This document shows positions 1-14,407 of a stretch of 64,000 nucleotides of DNA, one piece after another. How positions within the stretch are numbered: the stretch's first letter is position 1; each line of letters starts with the position of its first letter. The translations under genes were made by a program, and so were the position numbers. Below the pieces are notes generated by a model, which was not told where the DNA came from, did not search any database, and worked only from the letters and a program-made list of their open reading frames with translations. The DNA is from the human T2T-CHM13v2.0 reference genome, Homo sapiens. The stretch is taken from the NCBI RefSeq assembly GCF_009914755.1, contig NC_060934.1, one strand, 5' to 3'.

Positions 1-229
1 TTCCCCCAAAATGACTTCACAGGGCAAGCTTCAGCCCCACACTTGAGATATAGAGAAAGGAGTCACGATGCATTCCTTCGGGTCCAAAGCTTTAACTCTT
101 ACTTAGACTGCCTTAGTTTTACTTCTCCTTGACTCAGAATCTGAACAATATCCAATAAAAACATTCACTCTATGATGACACACATGGGGCAAAGCCTTTG
201 GTAGGGTTTTCACACAAGTCTGAGAGTTC

Positions 230-682
230 ATTTACACTCCCACCATCAAGAAGGGGAGCCTATGGCCTCTCCCCATAAACCTGGATGGGCCATTGTGACC
301 ATCTTGGCCAACAAATGAAGCAAAAGGACCACCGTTGACTTCCAAGGCTGGAAGACAGAAGGCAACATGGCCTCCACCGGACTCTCCCTGAGGACTCTCC
401 CCTACAGCCCTGAGCCAGCATGTAAGAGGACTGGCTTCCCTGACTACATGCTGGGAGCCACACAGGGCTAGTGAGAGATGTCCCAGGGGCCCCAGTGCCC
501 AGGTACCAGACATATGAGTGAGCTGACCCTCAGCCCAGCCACCTTCAGACACAAGAGACCCTCAGTGACAATGGCCTAGCTAAGCCCAGTCAACCTCTCG
601 AAGTATGAGATAACAAAACTACTGGTGTTATAAACCACTAGGCTTTGGAGTTGCTTGTTTCATAGCAACAAATAACCAGAAC
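230..682 (+). mobile_element. MaLR (MLT1-like) LTR remnant; mirror copy at ~49313-49765
   Basis: Ends with GTTGCTTGTTTCATAGCAACAAATAACCAGAACA, resembling the MLT1 3' terminus. Confidence 0.55.
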
Positions 683-1820
683 ACCTCGTAAGTCACTGAA
701 ATTGCTCACATTTTGTTTTCTTGTCTAATCAACAATTACTGGATGGCTTACAACATGCCAAGCACTGGTATTAAGGACAGGGTGTTAGGGATACAAACGG
801 AATAAAAAGTCCTGTCCTTGTGGCACTTACTTTAGTGGGAAGTAGAGACAATGAATAAGTAAATATACACTGTCCCTGGCAACACGTGCTGTGGTAAACA
901 GTGAAATAGGAAGGAGGACCAGGAGCACAGGGTGGTACGTGCTAGCAGGCTTCCTGTTGTGTGTATTTCACAGCAAGGCCTCACAGAGAAATCGAAGAGT
1001 GAGGAAGCAAGCTGGATTCTGGGAACAGCATTCCTCAGAGTGGCAGGGGCCGGTGCAAAGACCCTGAGGTGCAGGTGTGGGTGACACAGGGGATCCATGA
1101 GCATAAGACGGTGGAGGCCCCATCATGCTGTTTCTCAGGGGTCAGGGTTGTGACTTGACTGGACTTTGGTTAATTCCCATGTTTTGTACACTCGCCTTCA
1201 ATGAAATAATAGCCTCAAAGGTATTCTTTATGTCAAGGGCAATCACTATACTTCCAAAGGGTTCCATGTTCATCCTTGCTGTGAGTGCAAAGCCCAACCA
1301 TGACAGCCTAACCTAGAGCCCACAGTTTCTTGAAACACATGTAAGTTTCTGCCATGTCCACATATTTTTCTGTAAAAGGGGCTTATTATTTCCCATTACA
1401 TTTCTGATACAGGTCTCCAATCTCCTAAAAGGCCAACATAAAATTAGATCTAAGACGACCTAGGCCTGAGAGACTCAGGAAAAGCAGTGAAATTCTGAGA
1501 GGTGGTTCTAAGGTGCCTGGAGGGACCAAAGCAACCTGTGAACCAGGGTCCCACAGGCTGTTAGTGGTCTCAGTCTCGACAAGACAGATGGCTATGCCAG
1601 AACCCATCTGCTACAGCATTAAGCCACGGTCTAGTTAGTGAAAATGTGAATAAAGGAAGTAGCATGGTGACCTCCACTCTGGTGCAAGCTCCTCATCACA
1701 TCATGAGCCCATGAACAGTTTAAAATCTGAGCATCCTAAAAAGAGAGAATTTTCATCCCAGGAAACGTAAATACAGTCCAACCCAAAAGTGAAAAGTATT
1801 GTAAACATATTGCTTTCTAA

Positions 1821-2148
<328 letters not shown>

Positions 2149-2283
2149 TCTAGAGATAATTTTTAAAGAACTGGAGTACTTAACAAAAAGTCTTATAACT
2201 CTATTGGAAAAACCTGATTCAAAAATAGTTTCTATGTCATATCCATAGACTAATACCCACAACTAAGGAAAAGAATACCATAC

Positions 2284-2370
2284 CTCAGAGTCCTCCTGAT
2301 CCTAAAATAAGCCTTTTTGAGTGTTTGTTTCTGACGAGGGCTTGAGATTTTTGCTGGAAGGTAAGGTAAC
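2284..2370 (-). pseudogene. Pseudo-exon 17 with nonsense codon
   Basis: Reads [28 protein letters not shown]; TAG at 2302-2304 replaces TCA; AAG acceptor and GT donor retained. Confidence 0.93.
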
Positions 2371-2857
2371 CTTTGTTGGGGGAAAAGAAAAGAAAAAGAA
2401 AAATTAAGCATTAACAAATAAGATACCCAGAAAAGAGGGTTTACTCAATCAACCATTTAGAAAACGCACGGAGTCTCTGCTGTGATAGGCAGCAAGCCGA
2501 GGGGGCTGTTAGGAGAACAGCAAGACAAACAGAGGACACATCTGGTGTATCAGGGAGCAGGACACACTGCCTGGGTCAATGGGTGCACAGATGGGACATA
2601 TGCAATGAGAGACAGCATGGAAAGACTGGCTGCCTGACAGGCCTACCAGGTTCTGAATGCTGGGCCTTAGGGGGTCGGCAGGAGAAAGTCAGGGTTTCAC
2701 AGCCAGGACATGACATGATGAGACAAACTGTAGAAAGAGGAGGGACCAGCTGTACAGGACAGCAGTGAAAGGTCAAGCAGTCAAAAGGGCTTAAAAACTG
2801 CTGGGGACACACACACTGGCCAAATGCAGGTCAATCTGAGCATCAAAAACTATGATG

Positions 2858-2942
2858 GTCTGGCCAACATGGTCAAACCCAGTCTCTACAAAAAAATACA
2901 AAAATTAGCCACCAAGAGCAAGACTCTGTCTCAGAAAAAAAG
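2858..2942 (+). mobile_element. Alu remnant with internal deletion (longer copy at ~46910-47122)
   Basis: Linker AAAATTAGCC joined almost directly to AAGAGCAAGACTCTGTCTC; most of the right monomer is missing. Confidence 0.8.
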
Positions 2943-3632
2943 GAAGAAGAGGAATGATGGTAATGGATTATCATCTACACTGAAGAATGAATCCATGATC
3001 CCAGAGCAACACTAAAAATTAGGGAAGCAGAGGAAGAGGAAACTCTTTATTCAGAAGATACCAACTAATAAGAAATATAGAATTAAAAAAGCAGTGGTTT
3101 ATGACCACTAACAGGTTAACTGATTCAGGAAAAGATCATCAGTGGATTTTCAAAACACTGAGTAAAAGGCTGGGAGAGAACAGGTATTCACACTGTGTTC
3201 AACTATCACTTTAGAGATCAACTTAGCAATGGCAAAAGAGAACAGGGTACCTTTCCAATGAAGCAGTGTGGTGGGCACCCTAGCAACCAAGTGACAAATG
3301 TGTCTGAATGAGGCAGACAGTGGACCTGATGTATCTTGGGAGGTGATCCAACTGGAAGTGCACAACCCTGCCTGCTTGTATTCTTGCCAAAACTGCTCAC
3401 CCTGAATCTATTCATAGAAAAATAATCAAGCAAATTCACATGACACATTCTACAAGACAAGTGGCTGGACGTTAAAAAAAAAGAAAAAAAAAGATGTGGG
3501 AGATGTTGCACTAGATTAAGGAGACCAAAGAGACAGGACAACCAAATGCAATGCAGACACACTGCCTGAATCCTGGGTTTCTTAAAACAAACAAACAAAC
3601 AAAAAATCAAAATACACAAAAATACTATAAAG

Positions 3633-3871
3633 CAGGGGTCCCCAACCCTGGGCTGCAGACCAGCCCATGGCCTGTTAGGAGCCAGGCCGCACAGCAGGAG
3701 GTGAGGTGAGCAGCAAGCATTACTGCCTGAGCTCCTCCTCCTGTCAGATCAGTGGCAGCATCAGATTCTCATAGGAGGGAAAACCCTATTGTGAACTGTA
3801 TATGCGAGGGATCTAGGTTGCAAGTTGCACTCTCCTAATGTCCCCAATGCCAAAAAGGTTGGGGACCGCTG
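3633..3871 (+). mobile_element. MER1-like hAT-Charlie DNA transposon; mirror copy 46007-46245
   Basis: CAGGGGTCCCCAACC ... GGTTGGGGACCGCTG termini; 8-bp TSD CTATAAAG/CTATAAAT. Confidence 0.85.
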
Positions 3872-4427
3872 CTATAAATGGCATTTTGGGGACAAGAGAG
3901 GAAATTACCATATAAACTATATGCGAGATAATTTTAAATCTGTATTCTATTTGTTGGGGTGATTTTACAAAGACATTCTGGGGCAACTGGAGCAATTCTA
4001 ATACAGACTAGATATTAGATTCTACTATAGAATTACTGTTAGTCTCACAGCTGTTGATAATGGCATTGTGCTTATATGGAAGTCTTTTCAAGAGAGGCTT
4101 AATGAAATATTTAGGGGTAGAATGTCACAATGACTACATGGAAACAGTTCCATGCAGCAAACAGTTCAAACAACTTACATGCAAATAGTTCAGGAAAAAA
4201 ATAGATATGTCACAAGGTTTACATCCATAAAGTGTTTGCCAAAACCCTAAGAACTGATCAATCTGGGTGGCAGTTATTTGGGTGTTCACTGCAATGTTCT
4301 TTCCACTTTCTGTTTGAAGTTCTTCAATATGAACGTGAAAGGGAACAGTACTTCCCTCTGCGTTCCGGATGAATTATTAAAATGCTGCAGATCAATGCTC
4401 CTGCGTTAAGTCTTCCCTCCTGCTCAC

Positions 4428-4555
4428 CTTTTTTTCTGCTCTTGCTTTATTTTCATCTGTCTGACTCACAGTGGCTTCTGGCAATGCTACGGCTTTTTCT
4501 TTGAACAGATCTCCTTCTTCGTCACCAAAGATATCAGCAGTGGATTGGACTTTGC
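4428..4555 (-). pseudogene. Pseudo-exon 16
   Basis: 128 nt, [42 protein letters not shown]; acceptor changed from CAG to AAG. Confidence 0.93.
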
Positions 4556-4906
4556 CTTTAAATACCAAGGCATAAAATTACAATAAGGCCAGAAATCCTA
4601 CCACAAAAAATCCTACCACAAAATTCATAGAATAAAAAATCCTTCCTTCCCGAAGATTAATATGAAAGTTACGTTGTTTCTTGGTTACTTATAAAGAAAT
4701 AGTAAGTGGAACTATACTCTTCCCTTCAAATTTTTCAAAGAGTGTATTGACAGCTCAGTTGAAAGACAGAACAAATAGTTTAACCATGCAGCTGATATGC
4801 TTATCCAAGCAGCAGTCTCCTGTTGTGGTTACAGAAGCTTGGACTAACTTAAAAGGTGAAGAGAGATCTAGAGGAAGAAAGATCACTTAAGAGGAACACC
4901 AAGTCA

Positions 4907-5308
<402 letters not shown>

Positions 5309-6744
5309 TCATAATTCCACCTGCCTACTCGAACAACATGGACATTGGAAACAGTTCAGCATACATGCTTCCAATTCCCCCAAAGGATGTACTAATGAAT
5401 TAACACTAGTTATTTACAAATAAGGCTATAAATAAGAAGGTAATTTGAACAATGTGTCTTACCATTTGTATTTTCCACTTAATGTACCTATAAAACATTC
5501 CCAAGTCAACAAGCATAGACCCCATTCATTTTAACAGTCGCACAATATTCCACTGAATAGAACGGCCATAGCTTACTCTACTGATGAATATTTTCACCAC
5601 AGTAAGCACTGCTGTACCAAATGGGGCATGTGTTGCTGAAATGAGGTCACTGACTCATGAATGTCCGAAGAGACTAGGAGTTGTCAAAGAAAGCAGCATC
5701 AATTTACTAGTGATTCTAAATCAGTTCTCAAAGATATCCACTAAGTGAGAGCCCTGTGGAGCTATAAAAAGCACTACTACCTTCATTCACTGTCATCTTC
5801 ACCGAGACCTGCACGAATTCTGCATCCGTTTGCACTCTTTCTAGATTAACTAGGCTATTGTTTTCCCTCGCACTTCGGCTTCCATCCTTGCTTTCTACAC
5901 CTAACACTGGAAAAGGACAGTAAGTCCAGACAGTCTGCTTCTAAATGAATTCTGATTCCATCTATTCCTATATCATCCTTTTTTATTTTTTCAAGTTGCT
6001 GAAAATCATGTGCAACTTAGGGATCTAGGGATCTACCTTTCTTTTCTGGAAGACCAGTCAATGGATCTAAGTCTTGCTATTCCAGGTGTGATCTACAGAC
6101 CATGAAGCTTGCTGGAAATGTAAATTCTCAGGCCCCACCCTGGACCTACTGAATCAGAATCTTCATTTTGACAAAAGCCTCTGGGAGATTCATCTGCACA
6201 TTTAAAAACAAATGATTTACAGGAATGACTTCAGGAACACAGGACTTACATTTAAGAGGAAAAAGAAAGGAGAATGCCAAAAAGAAAGGAGTGGCCAAGC
6301 GGATGAAAACCCCATAATGTGAAGAAAGACCAAGGCCACCTGAGCTTTTTGGTAGAGAGAAGAGAAGCTGGGAAATAACTGGCCAGCACACAAAATGCTG
6401 CTCATGTAATTGACTAAGGTCGGCTGGAAGAAAGGATGATTAAAACTTTATAATTCCAAAGGTCAGAACTGTGAATTAAGCAAAAATTATAGGGATAAAG
6501 ACTTGAGCCCTCTATAAGGAAAATAATCATAGTAATTAGCTTACAGAGCAGAAAAGATTGGGTCATAAAACAGACCTCCCAGGCACCACACCTATGTAAG
6601 TACAGACACAACAGCTCAATGACAGGAATGCTGCAGAAGGGATTCTGGTACTATAAGAGATACAGAACTAGGTGAGCTTATCTTCCATTTAGGCAACATT
6701 CTCTTTCTGGCTGAAGTCCTAGACACAGAGGCAGGAACACATAC

Positions 6745-6917
6745 CTGTTTTGGAAGGCTTGCTGTGGGGTGTCGAGAAAAAGTCGTCATCATCATCACCA
6801 TCATCATCATCAAAGAGGCCAGTGGGAGGGGGAAGGTAGGGGCTTTTCCTTGGAGTGGGCTGCTCAGGCTTCTGTGGCTCCTTCAGTGATGGAACGGAGG
6901 CAGCACATCCGTGTCTC
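6745..6917 (-). pseudogene. Pseudo-exon 15 with 7-nt deletion
   Basis: 173 nt versus 180 nt in the gene; 7 nt lost between CAC microhomologies near 6906. Confidence 0.92.
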
Positions 6918-7308
6918 CTGTGAGTGAAGGGACAAGACAGACACAGCTGTGAGCCAGTGTGGGCCTGTTGAATTTACAGAAAAAAATTATCACCCACCAA
7001 AAACTTTTCATTTCAGTTAATCCACAAAATGCATTAAGAGGGCCCAATAGCCTCCATCCATTACTGCTACAGAACATCTCACAACGGAGAATCACCAGGT
7101 CACTCAAACACAAAAAAGTCCAAGGCCACTGAGCTCTAGGAGAATAAGAGCTAATATCAGTAAATGAGCTCTTTCTATAAGCTGCTCAAAGCCCTTTGAA
7201 GCTCCCAGGTACTTCCTCATCTCCAGCCAGGCTTTAGAAGATGATAATTTTGAAATGGAAAAAACAGTATTTGTGTAGTTTTTAGAAAACAAACCTAAGT
7301 TATGTTAC

Positions 7309-7368
7309 CTAAAAATACAGAAACAGCTCCTGCTGGGATTTTCTTTCCAGGTTTGGATGATGAAGACT
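7309..7368 (-). pseudogene. Pseudo-exon 14
   Basis: 60 nt, identical to 42796-42855 (SSSSKPGKKIPAGAVSVFL). Confidence 0.93.
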
Positions 7369-8045
7369 CTAGAATGAGAAAGCAAGGGGCAACCATTTTT
7401 ACAAGGGAAATAACTTTCCTTGCTATTTTATTCCTGAAATATGTGCAATGTAACACACAGCTAGTACCAGACATTTTGAAACTACTTTTTCCTGAACAAG
7501 CCATTTTAAAATGCTTTGGTATTTTCTTCTCTACCAATGTCAGGACTTTTTTGGGGATTGATACAATCTGAGCTGTGACTCCAATGGAAGAGCATGCTGA
7601 CCGTCATCAAGCCACAGCAGTGGGTCAGCTGGGGGACACCAAGGGAGGAGGTGAGCACAGCAGAGGCAGGGACAGCATGACCAGGGCTCCCCCAAACAAT
7701 TCCGCCTTTACCCATTCCAGTTGGACGAGAATGAACGAGTGAAAAAGAACCGCAAAAACATGTGAGTCATCAGTAAAAAATAAAGACATAAGAGCAAAGG
7801 GGGAAACCAAGCAAGTCACTGATGCCAAAACGTGGGCAGCAGAAAGCAGAGGAGAGCCAGGCTAGCAGCCCGCACAGCACGCACAAGGAGCGGCCTCCAA
7901 GGCCCAGCTCTGATGCCTGTGCCCGGGAGACTCGGCACTTAGAATCACTAATTCCCAAGTCCCAAGAACTGCCACAAACCTATGGAGTAACATTTGTAGG
8001 TTAAAAAACATATTTATATTTGTGTTTTTTAAAAACTGCACCAAT

Positions 8046-8200
8046 GGGACAGGTGCGGTGGCTCATGCCTGTATTCCTAGCATTTTGCCAGGCCTAGGCG
8101 GGTGATCACTTGAGGATAGGAGTTTAAGACCAGCCTGTCCAACTGTCCAACACGGTGAAACACCGTCTCTACTAAAAATACAAAAACAAAAACAAAAACA
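8046..8200 (+). mobile_element. Alu left monomer; mirror at ~41950-42117
   Basis: Alu 5' half followed by a (CAAAAA)n tail. Confidence 0.8.
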
Positions 8201-8590
8201 AAACCTGCACAGATGATTTTAATGCACACTGGGTTGGGGAATTACTGGTCTCCAACTTATATACAGAATGTTAAAAATGTTTCTTTAAATTAAACTTCAT
8301 TCAATGAAAACCATCCTCAACATTGCTCTAGGGTACTTTTCTTGTTTGACTTTTTATGAGTTCTCTCCTAAGAAAGAGGCAAGACTGTGGTATGGGTTTA
8401 CAGATGGTACTGTGTTTTCCAAGACATGAATTAGTGAAGATGAATTACTTTCAACTGGACCACAGTAAAAACAATAGCTTCCTGCTTAACACAGAAACAA
8501 GGCTTGGGAACAACCTTGTTCCATCTCCTAGTGAGGAAGACAGTTTTGGAACTCTGCACACAGAGACACAGCTGCCCAGCCCCAGCTCAC

Positions 8591-8648
8591 CCTCCTTAAC
8601 AGAGGCTCCAGCTTGCCAATCCTGGGGGGCTTCCGTGAAGAGGTCACT
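8591..8648 (-). pseudogene. Pseudo-exon 13
   Basis: 58 nt, SDLFTEAPQDWQAGASVKE (R to W), splice sites intact. Confidence 0.92.
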
Positions 8649-9121
8649 CTGGTTGAAATAAGGTATATGACAAAGAATTCAAAAAACCAGGAGAAAGCAC
8701 AGCTGCATTTGAGGATTTCTAAGGAAAAATAACCTACAAGATTTAAAGCTACATATTTACTACTCTGCCAGAAAATCAGTTGCAAAGTGATAACTATGGC
8801 AAAATCAGACCCTAAAATAATTTAGGCCTGTCCAGGAATTAAAAACAAACGTGGAAGACAACAGATAAGGCAAGAAACAATCACCTAGTAAATTATTCAC
8901 ATTAACACGTGCACATCTTCTCCTCACCTAACAAAGCATAGAAGGATACGGCATTTCTCACTCTGTGATTCTTAGTTCAAAATGTCCCAAAATATGAAAA
9001 TAGAAGCAACTTCCAACTGAGAAACTGTTTTTTCCCCACTAAACAAGCAAAGCCTATTTCTTCCCTGTGGACCCCTGACACAGCTAGCTGCAGGGAGTGT
9101 TGCTGGGTGCCATGGACTCAC

Positions 9122-9240
9122 CTCCTCATCCTCATCATCAAAGAGCCCCTTGCCCCCACTGAACAGGCCACCTCCAGAGCCAAATGGCGAGAAGTCCTCG
9201 TCGGTCAGCTTGGGGGGTGCGAATAAGTTATCCTCTTCAT
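9122..9240 (-). pseudogene. Pseudo-exon 12
   Basis: 119 nt, [39 protein letters not shown]; nearly identical to 40916-41034. Confidence 0.93.
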
Positions 9241-9722
9241 CTAGCAAACAGAAAGCAATGTTTTGCAGGGAGTATTAAAGATGGGGCCAGAACTCAAATT
9301 CCCGGGTTGGCATCTGCTGTGTCTCCAAACTGGCATGGAGTTTATCTGGCCCTCTTTATCAAAGTGTGAGGCAGTCTGATGAATTTCACACTAACCCCCT
9401 GGCACAGTCCACTGACACCCTCAAAAGACTCTCTGGGCCTCCACTCTCAAGTCTGTCCATGTCTGCGGCAGACAGCATTCATTCTCTAGGCCAGCACCCT
9501 GGATCTAGATTTACTCTTAAGCAAGCATTCGGGTCAGATGCCACATTCAAGACCCATTCCCCCACGAATCTGGGGGAAGGAAGGGCAGAATAAACAAAGG
9601 GATCTGCAAACTGACACAGGGACACGTGGAATGTAATGGACATGGCTGTTTAATAGGAAAAGGCCTGGTGTATCCTTTATTGAAAACAAATGGTAGAGAT
9701 CCCTAAGTTTCTATATTTCTAA

Positions 9723-10208
<486 letters not shown>

Positions 10209-10279
10209 TCATGAATTATATAAGCAACATTCCCGAGTCAAAGGCTCCTAAAATAACAGAATTCAGGGAAAAGGCCCAC

Positions 10280-10348
10280 CATCCGAAGGAGTTCTCCTTT
10301 CCTTCTTCTCGAGTGTCTTCCGAAGTTTTGCTTCTCCTGAGGGTAAGG
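10280..10348 (-). pseudogene. Pseudo-exon 11
   Basis: 69 nt versus 72 nt (AAA codon lost); splice sites intact. Confidence 0.9.
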
Positions 10349-10963
10349 CTTGAAGAACAGTTCACAGTTTTAATAGTACTAAGTCCTCCCTCAGTATACA
10401 CATCCTGGTTCTTTCCACGTCTGTCATCCTCATAACTCACAGCTAAGAGCAAGACATCTGCCTTTCATCTCAGCTGCACTAAACCCCCTGTCCTGCCCAC
10501 AGTGGGCACTCAAGAGTCTCTTTGTAAGGTAGAAGGCTTCTGCTTTCATCCCAGGCTCATGTGCATAACAGGATTGTATTTGTTGAAAGAATTATTATGT
10601 TATCTTTCTACCCTGTTATAACTAGAATATGCTATATAGCACATTCTTATGTGTTCAAAATATAGGAGTAAATATTCAGCCAGGAATTCTTAAGCTGTTG
10701 CCCATGGTTCTCTGGAGTTTCCATTAATCTCCTGAAATTATATGTAAAGTGTTATCTACATGTGTACATGTACATTTTTCTTGTGAGTCTACAGTGTTCA
10801 GTTATCTAAAGGAGCCCGTTAACCAAAAAAGGAATAAGCGCTACAATTTAAGCCTCTTCTGCTGTAGTAATTACTAATAAAAAGGGAAATCCACCTTTGG
10901 TGAAGCCAGCAGAGGGCTCTGCACTACCCCCCACTACTCCCCATCAATGAGGCTGGGTCTCAC

Positions 10964-11047
10964 TTGTGGGCTCCTCGTCCACTCCGCCCACGGCATCCCC
11001 CTTGATGCGGGCAGCCAGCTCACTGCAAACGAAGTAGGTCTGCTTTT
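10964..11047 (-). pseudogene. Pseudo-exon 10 with frameshift
   Basis: 84 nt versus 88 nt: a 3-nt deletion plus a 1-nt deletion (GCAGATGAG to GCAGTGAG). Confidence 0.9.
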
Positions 11048-11590
11048 CTAAAGCAGGAGAAATCAAAAGAATCTCTTTTTTGTAACAAACTAGTACACTT
11101 CACTTTGGACATCTAACAACATTATGTATACAAGAGCAAAGAAATTGAACTGAGGAGAAAACTGAGTTTAATTAAATGAACTTAAACATATGTACCCTAT
11201 ACAGCTCACCCAAGGAATAGGACTCATAAAATGTTCCTTCAAAGGGAGATGCTCTTTATTTCCTTATTTTTTTTAATACTTGACTTTAATACTTAAAAAT
11301 CTGAATAAGAAAATAAGAAAAAGGTCATGGGCAGAGAGACAGGAGCACTACGGTCTTCAAACTCTGGAACCAGACATATTCTGAATGATCTGACTCATAA
11401 AATCATAACATCTGGACAAGAAAGTGGTACTTGTGAGGCAATTTGAGATGCCTGCCATTATTTTCCAAAGTGTAAATGAAATGACAAATATGCCAAAATG
11501 AGAGATGTTCAAAGTAAGTCACAATAAAAAATAAAAAAAGTCATTGGTTCTAAAACCCTGCCAAGTGATAGCAACTACAGCCTTCCTTAC

Positions 11591-11701
11591 AGGTCTAGTA
11601 TTTTCTTCAATGTCCTCAATATCTTTCTCCTCCTTCTCAGAGTCAGCGAAAAGGTCACAGCCATCATCATCCTCTTCCTCATCACTCACTTGTGTGATGT
11701 G
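11591..11701 (-). pseudogene. Pseudo-exon 9
   Basis: 111 nt, [37 protein letters not shown]; internal ATG changed to GTG; TAG acceptor and GT donor intact. Confidence 0.92.
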
Positions 11702-11984
11702 CTAAGAGTATAAAATAGCAAATTAGAACTACTAGTTATTAAGCTAAAGAAGAGATACTGCCACTTAGCCTTTAGGCTGCTCCTTCAAAATCGTAACAGC
11801 TGTTTAAAATAATAATCATAATCATGATGCAGTAAGTTATAAAGCAAAAGATGTGCTGGAACAAATAATACACAAGATTTACTTCAAATCTAAATAAAAA
11901 TGCATTCTTTAATAAGAATGTAACCACAAGAATATAAAAAGCAAAATATTAAGATATAAAAATTGTCTGTTACTAGAGAAATAT

Positions 11985-12309
<325 letters not shown>

Positions 12310-12796
12310 TAAACAAAATCAGTATAGTCTTACCTTAGTAAGAATACTGAGTAACAGTTAAAAGGTAAAAGCTGTAACAATTAGAGAGCCATCCAAGGTA
12401 GGTCAAGCAAAAAAGTTCCAATAACAAATCCAGCACGATACCGTGCCCCCTCTACATACAAGCATTTCTATGGAAACAGATATATTTATAAAAGCAAAGA
12501 AAAAGACGTGGAAAGACATGCTCCCAGAGCATGATCCTAGTTTCCTCTGAAGAGTATGCAGAGAAGGAAAGTACTGGAAGGCTCAAACTTAGCCTCATCT
12601 GTTAAGTTCTAATTTTTCCAAAGGTACACAGTAGTATGTATAACTAAAAAAAAATTTTGTTCAATGTTTGAATCAATGAACTGTGCCAGGCATGTTACTA
12701 AAAGCACTTTATTATCTAATTTAATCCTTACAACTTTGGGGTTAGCTGCAGCACACAAAACCAACCTGTTGCATAAGCTAGTGCTTTTACTCACTA

Positions 12797-13177
<381 letters not shown>

Positions 13178-13320
13178 TCAGTGATAAATTCCAGGGTGTG
13201 GGACGTAGATTAAGGGTGTTAAGTACGTGGCCACTGAAGTTACCCATGATGGTGTTACATAAAATCCAAGTTTGGTAATTGGCTCGCCTCAATTTTACCA
13301 ACCAAGTTCCAAGTTCTAAA

Positions 13321-13364
13321 GTGTGTATGTGTGTGTGTGCGTGCGCGCACGCACGTGTGTGTGT
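13321..13364. repeat. (GT)n/(GC)n alternating purine-pyrimidine tract
   Basis: GTGTGTATGTGTGTGTGTGCGTGCGCGCACGCACGTGTGTGTGT. Confidence 0.9.
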
Positions 13365-13444
13365 TTTAATCAATGTGGGGGAAATGGAAGAGGTTGGTAG
13401 ATGGTGACTTAAAAATGAAGTCCCCTTAAGACTCTAAGACTGTT

Positions 13445-13705
13445 TTTGCAGACAGCAGTCTTAGTCTTCTTCCAGGCTGGAGTGGAGTGGTGCAATCTCG
13501 GCTGACTGCAACCTTGGTCTCAGGGGCTCAAGCAATCATTCCACCTCATTCTCCTGAGTAGCTCAAACTACAGATCTATGCCGCCATGTCCAGTTAATTT
13601 TTTTTTTTGTAGATATGGGGTTTCACCATGTTTCCCAGGCTGGTCTCGAACCGCCTTGGCCTCCCACAGTGCTGGGATTACAGGTGTGAGCCACCACGCC
13701 AGCCC
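13445..13705 (-). mobile_element. Old degenerate Alu (J-like)
   Basis: Diverged Alu motifs with internal deletions. Confidence 0.75.
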
Positions 13706-13789
13706 AGCCTTAGTGTTAACACTGTTATAGGTTACTGTAACATATTGGCTCACAGTGTGTGTTCTCGGGTCTGCCTCTTTCCTGGTTAC

Positions 13790-13942
13790 CTAATCATAAG
13801 TAAGTTACTTCTCCTTTCTGTACCTCAGTTTCCTCAACTATAATTTGGAAATAATATTCCCTCCCTCATAGTCATTGTGTGAATTAAATGAACAATGTAT
13901 AAAATGGTAAATACTGAACACTTGATAAATGTTAGCTATTAT
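13790..13942 (+). mobile_element. MIR remnant
   Basis: AAGTTACTT...TCTGTACCTCAGTTTCCTCA core and AAATGTTAGCTATTATT end. Confidence 0.7.
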
Positions 13943-14248
13943 TAAAGGAGAGACTGATATTTAAATGATTACAATACAATGTAATACCTTAGGATAAATA
14001 CATAAAAAACAACTTTTTTCCTTCCTTATTTTACAGCTTTATTACTGATTTCCCTCTAAAAAGAGATCCAAATAAATGTGGAGCGACTCATTCTCATTAT
14101 AGAGTAAGGAATCACAAAGTACCATAGTCACGTAACAAAAGCAAAAAAAAAAAAAAGCAATTGTTTTACCTTTCAACTGCTGATGTTATGTACAATCTAT
14201 CACAAGAAGCATAGCTGTGCATTCATGAGCTGATTGTATTAACCTCTA

Positions 14249-14407
<159 letters not shown>

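Noticed and set aside
232-552. 106-aa ORF apparently conserved in two copies (also 49443-49763)
   Set aside because: Lies in an LTR remnant; the conservation is just the inverted duplication. The same applies to the other mirrored ORF pairs.
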